From Promethearchaeota archaeon (lineage in GTDB: Archaea > Asgardarchaeota > Lokiarchaeia > Sigyniarchaeales > SOKP01), in NCBI GenBank assembly GCA_018238625.1, contig JABCSY010000045.1, positions 1-32,440 on the forward strand: a stretch of DNA of 32,440 bases, in the 5' to 3' direction. A program made the position numbers and the translations under genes. How positions within the stretch are numbered: the stretch's first letter is position 1; the number at the start of each line of letters is the position of its first letter. The notes under the pieces were generated by a model that had not been told where the DNA came from, ran no database searches, and worked only from the letters and a program-made list of their open reading frames with translations. Below, piece by piece: positions 28,858 through 32,440 of the stretch.

Positions 28858-29042
28858 TACAATCCAATCCAATTTTTTTTTTAATTTTATACGAAATCGG
28901 AATTTTAGAACAAATTAAACTCATGTTATAATATTGAGATTAATTAATTTATCAAAAAATAAGCTTTTAATGGAATTTAACATTTATATGTTTAAATTTC
29001 ATATGATAATTTCAGTATATTAAAAGCGTTTAGAGAAAGAAT

Positions 29043-32000
29043 ATGTCCAAAATTTATTCATCATTAAAAAACTTACGAGATCAAACAAGAGCGAGTATTA
29101 CAATAAAAACATATAATATTTTGTTTTTCACCGCTTTGGCCTTGGTTTTATTTATAGCTGTATTAATTCGACTTTCACCAGTTGTATCGGGGAATTTCTT
29201 AATTAAAGCTTTTGACCCGTGGATACAATATTACAACGCTGAATACTTAGCAACACACTCTGTTTTCGACTATTTTAATTGGGTCGATTATAAAAGTTGG
29301 TTTCCAGAGGGATACTCCCGTGGAAGTCTTAGACCGGGTTTAACATTCACCGTAGTAGCTATATTTCAAATAATCAATTCAATTGGGATTCCAATATCCC
29401 TTTACGATGTTTGCTTCTATTTTCCGGCTTTTATGGGTGGAGCTTCTGTTTTAGCGATCTATCTTTTGGGAAAAGAAGTGCTAGACCGAAGATGTGGGCT
29501 AGTAGCTGCGTTCTTCTTGGCGTTTAATCCGGGGTTTATGCAACGAACAATGGCGGGTTTTTTTGATAATGAAACAATTGGGGTATTTGCAACTCTTATG
29601 ACGCTATATTTCTTTGTTAAAACTTTGCGAACAGGTAAAATTCTCGATTCCTTTTTGGGCGGTATATTTTTAGGATATTTAGCCTTGAGTTGGGGGGGAT
29701 ATAATTTTGTATATTTAATTCTACCTATGGTATGCGGTTTTTTAGTCTTACTCAAAAAGTATGACACAAATGTCTTAATAGCATATGCAGGAGTCGAAGG
29801 CGTAGGATTACTAATTTTTTCATTTAGTTATACTTTCAACTATGTAAGCTTTTTCAATAGTTTGGAACTTGTTGGAATTTTTCTTTTTACAATATTATTA
29901 ACCATTTTTCATTTGATTCATACAAAGAAAGGGGATTATCCTCGATTATATAACGGCTTAATCGACTTACTAAAATGGGGCTTAATACCGATAGTTGTAG
30001 GAGGAGGTATGATTATATGGTTAGCACCTGATTTAATTCCATTTGGATTTGGGAAAAGATTACTGAGCGTTATAAGCCCTATGGTTCGAGAAAATTTGAA
30101 TATTGTTGCGTCTGTAGCCGAACACATGCCAAGTTCTTGGAGCGTATTCTACTATAATACTTTAATCCCCCTAATGCTTTTACCCCTTGGGTTGTTCTTC
30201 TTGTTCAAAAGAGGTAACTCTGCGGATTTTTTATTAATAACTTTTATGATTTTGATCTTTTACTTTACCGGTAGTATGATACGAATAATATTATTATTTG
30301 CTCCAGCTGCATGTCTAGTAGGTGCCTACGGATTAGTTAATGTTTTGAAAATTTTTGGCAGTTTTTATGGAGAAAAGAGAATGGGAATTAGTAGGAAACG
30401 AAAACGCCAAGTTAAAAGAATGGTAGGGAAGTCTGAAATTGGCGTGGTTTACTTAATTGTTGGAATAATGTGTATTGCCCAAGTGATCCATGCCTCTAAT
30501 ATGTCTACTACTCAATTAGCGCAAAGCCAAATCTCACCAGGAGGGCTTCATGATTGGGAAGAATCTCTAACCTGGATGAAAACAAACCTTCCTGGAACTA
30601 GCGTTGTCGTGTCGTGGTGGGACTATGGCTATTGGATCACCCCAATAGGAAATATGACTACGGTTAACGATAATGGAACAATTAATCAAACACGAATAGG
30701 TATGACGGGAATGGCACTAATGCAAACGAACGAGATATATAGTGCTAAAGTTTTTAAGGATTTGCACGCAGATTACGTCATGGTCTATTTTGGAATGCTC
30801 TATCCGGGTTTAGGCGGTGATGAAGGTAAATGGCCGTGGATGGTAAGGATTTGTAACGATAACTACGAAACTTATAAAAATTATGGCATGGAGGAGGATA
30901 ATTGGGGTCCAAATTATGTGTTTGACGAAAGCGAATATTTTAACGATACTCTTGCGAAGCCAACAAGAAAATGGTTCCAAAGTACACTGGTAAAATTAAT
31001 GTTTTCTGGATTTAACACTGCCCCCATACCAAACCCGGGAAACCCACAAACCTGGGAGGAAGTCTATCGAGACGCAATTAACTCGAAGAGAGATGCTGCA
31101 GGAAACTTATATGTTCAAAACATACCCGAAGAGGGAAATTACAATTTTGATGTATTTAGAGAATTATATTTCTCTACAAACGGGATGGTTAAAGTATTTA
31201 GCCTTGATTATACTGCTTTATCTTCAAGTTTTCAAATAGAAAACCCAGAAGTATTCGATACAGGTTATGCAACTTTCAAGATAAAAAACACAGGATCTAA
31301 AGATTTAACTATTTCCGATGTTAAAATAAATGGCGAGAGTTATGATTTCGAGTTGGGCAAAGGTAGTAGTACACACAAACTAAATGCCAGCGAAGATGAC
31401 TTGGTTTGGGTTGATATAAAAACAAGCGGTCAATCCTTTCAAACTAACGATGTCGTAAAAATCACAGTAGAGGCTAAATCAGTAGCCTTGGATAATAAAG
31501 ATTATTTCTTTACAAATACTACGAATAATTTCTTTGTTGAAGAAGCTCTGGAAGGAGACATAAAAATTAATAAACCTAATAGCAAAGTTGTTCAAGTCGA
31601 TGAGACTAATAGCGAGATATATCTTGAAGTTGAGAATACTGGATATACAACCGTGATCTTGAAAGACTTTTATGTAGATAACGAAAATAATACCTTTATG
31701 GATAAACAATATATATCTGGTTCCCCTATATTAAATCCTGGTCAAAAAGCTTATGTTAAAATAACAAATTCACTAGTTCCGTTTTATCCGTTAAGAACTG
31801 AACACAAAATTGGTGTTGTTACTCCAAATAACATCAAAGATGAGCTATTATTTACTTCGAATTATGAGGATTTCAAAATTTCATTCGTAGATGAAAACAG
31901 AATTGCTTCACCTGAAGCCTTAATTGCGAGTCAAAGCGATTATAGAAAACATATTCCAATTAATTTGGACGATACATATGCGTATACTTACGAGAACGGA

Positions 32001-32440
32001 ACTACTATGGTGAATATTAAAATTAAAAACACTGGAGACATCATATTAGGACTCGATTCGATATATATAACAAAATCTACTAGTTGGACATCTGTTGGAG
32101 ATTTAGTACCATTTAATTTAAACCCTGGTCAAGAGAAAAGCATAAAGGTAATTGCATCCGATTATTTGGTGGATCTAAATGTAAATGACGAGATTGGAAT
32201 TATAGTCACAACAAATTTTGATGGTTCTACCAAAGCTTCTGACGTTGGATTTGTGCACACAATCATTGACAAACCAGATATACAAATTATCGACAATGTC
32301 GAAAGTCAAACTATGTCTTATATTGCCGCTAACGAGACGGGTAAAATTTTAATCAAAAACACTGGAGACGAGTCAATAACTTTAGATAAGTTATATCTAA
32401 ATACCACAACAATGTTATCATTTGATAGCGATGTAAATTT
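29043..32440 (+). CDS. aglB: Oligosaccharyltransferase STT3/AglB with long C-terminal repeat region; partial, runs off the window
   Basis: Manual translation from ATG 29043: FDPW, RTMAGFFDNE, SVAEH, SWWDYGYWI (Trp codons at 30615 and 30618), DEGKWPWMVRI; many TM segments; no stop seen in the parts read, consistent with its absence from the ORF track (over 1130 codons). Confidence 0.96.
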   Translation, partial: MSKIYSSLKNLRDQTRASITIKTYNILFFTALALVLFIAVLIRLSPVVSGNFLIKAFDPWIQYYNAEYLATHSVFDYFNWVDYKSWFPEGYSRGSLRPGLTFTVVAIFQIINSIGIPISLYDVCFYFPAFMGGASVLAIYLLGKEVLDRRCGLVAAFFLAFNPGFMQRTMAGFFDNETIGVFATLMTLYFFVKTLRTGKILDSFLGGIFLGYLALSWGGYNFVYLILPMVCGFLVLLKKYDTNVLIAYAGVEGVGLLIFSFSYTFNYVSFFNSLELVGIFLFTILLTIFHLIHTKKGDYPRLYNGLIDLLKWGLIPIVVGGGMIIWLAPDLIPFGFGKRLLSVISPMVRENLNIVASVAEHMPSSWSVFYYNTLIPLMLLPLGLFFLFKRGNSADFLLITFMILIFYFTGSMIRIILLFAPAACLVGAYGLVNVLKIFGSFYGEKRMGISRKRKRQVKRMVGKSEIGVVYLIVGIMCIAQVIHASNMSTTQLAQSQISPGGLHDWEESLTWMKTNLPGTSVVVSWWDYGYWITPIGNMTTVNDNGTINQTRIGMTGMALMQTNEIYSAKVFKDLHADYVMVYFGMLYPGLGGDEGKWPWMVRICNDNYETYKNYGMEEDNWGPNYVFDESEYFNDTLAKPTRKWFQSTLVKLMFSGFNTAPIPNPGNPQTWEEVYRDAINSKRDAAGNLYVQNIPEEGNYNFDVFRELYFSTNGMVKVFSLDYTALSSSFQIENPEVFDTGYATFKIKNTGSKDLTISDVKINGESYDFELGKGSSTHKLNASEDDLVWVDIKTSGQSFQTNDVVKITVEAKSVALDNKDYFFTNTTNNFFVEEALEGDIKINKPNSKVVQVDETNSEIYLEVENTGYTTVILKDFYVDNENNTFMDKQYISGSPILNPGQKAYVKITNSLVPFYPLRTEHKIGVVTPNNIKDELLFTSNYEDFKISFVDENRIASPEALIASQSDYRKHIPINLDDTYAYTYENGTTMVNIKIKNTGDIILGLDSIYITKSTSWTSVGDLVPFNLNPGQEKSIKVIASDYLVDLNVNDEIGIIVTTNFDGSTKASDVGFVHTIIDKPDIQIIDNVESQTMSYIAANETGKILIKNTGDESITLDKLYLNTTTMLSFDSDVN

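Noticed and set aside
28781-28866. tRNA, SECIS or H/ACA guide interpretation of the truA-aglB element
   Set aside because: No TPsiC or D-loop consensus; the GTGA..AA..GA spacing lacks the required paired stem; no selenoprotein gene nearby; no clear K-turn.
28736-28924. 63-aa N-terminal extension of TruA given by the ORF track
   Set aside because: TruA similarity begins at MEKTRY (28735); the extension crosses low-complexity intergenic DNA and the aglB-derived repeat.
28827-30646. Diversity-generating retroelement TR/VR pair
   Set aside because: The repeat is only 31 nt, the mismatches are not adenine-specific in the putative template, the target is an invariant catalytic motif, and no reverse transcriptase is present in the window.
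2860-31709. Many short ORFs opposite or overlapping well-supported genes (e.g. 2860-3135, 3494-3766, 8573-8902, 18838-19368, 20747-21320, 25700-26746, 29459-30127, 31479-31709)
   Set aside because: They are antisense or alternate-frame shadows with no motifs of their own.

Overview
AT-rich archaeal chromosomal window, most consistent with an Asgard archaeon of the Lokiarchaeia type (inferred from an Arf-like small GTPase, a eukaryote-like STT3/AglB and split RNA polymerase A''). It is mostly core machinery: rpoA2-rpl30e-nusA-rps12-rps7, pyrB, rpl44e-rps27e, TFS, Rpa3, PCNA-priL-priS-GINS, aIF2alpha-nop10, EF-1alpha, csl4-rpoL-RNase III-DUF99, a METTL5-type methyltransferase, enolase, rfcS, truA and a long aglB running off the right edge. 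An accessory block at about 8.0-13.2 kb holds a GNAT, a PadR-HAAS module, a membrane protein, an MDR oxidoreductase and DUF2284. The most unusual observations: (1) a winged-HTH + ATP-cone + apparently inactive class III ribonucleotide reductase fusion; (2) a 29/31-nt intergenic copy of the aglB WWDYG-coding segment between truA and aglB; (3) three genes that appear to need ATT/ATA start codons; (4) AglB with at least four tandem Ig-like repeats; (5) a GC-richer bacterial-type gene fragment at the left end where rpoA1 is expected, probably a chimeric join. No tRNA, rRNA, CRISPR array or transposase was seen. All family assignments come from motif recognition by eye, not database searches.
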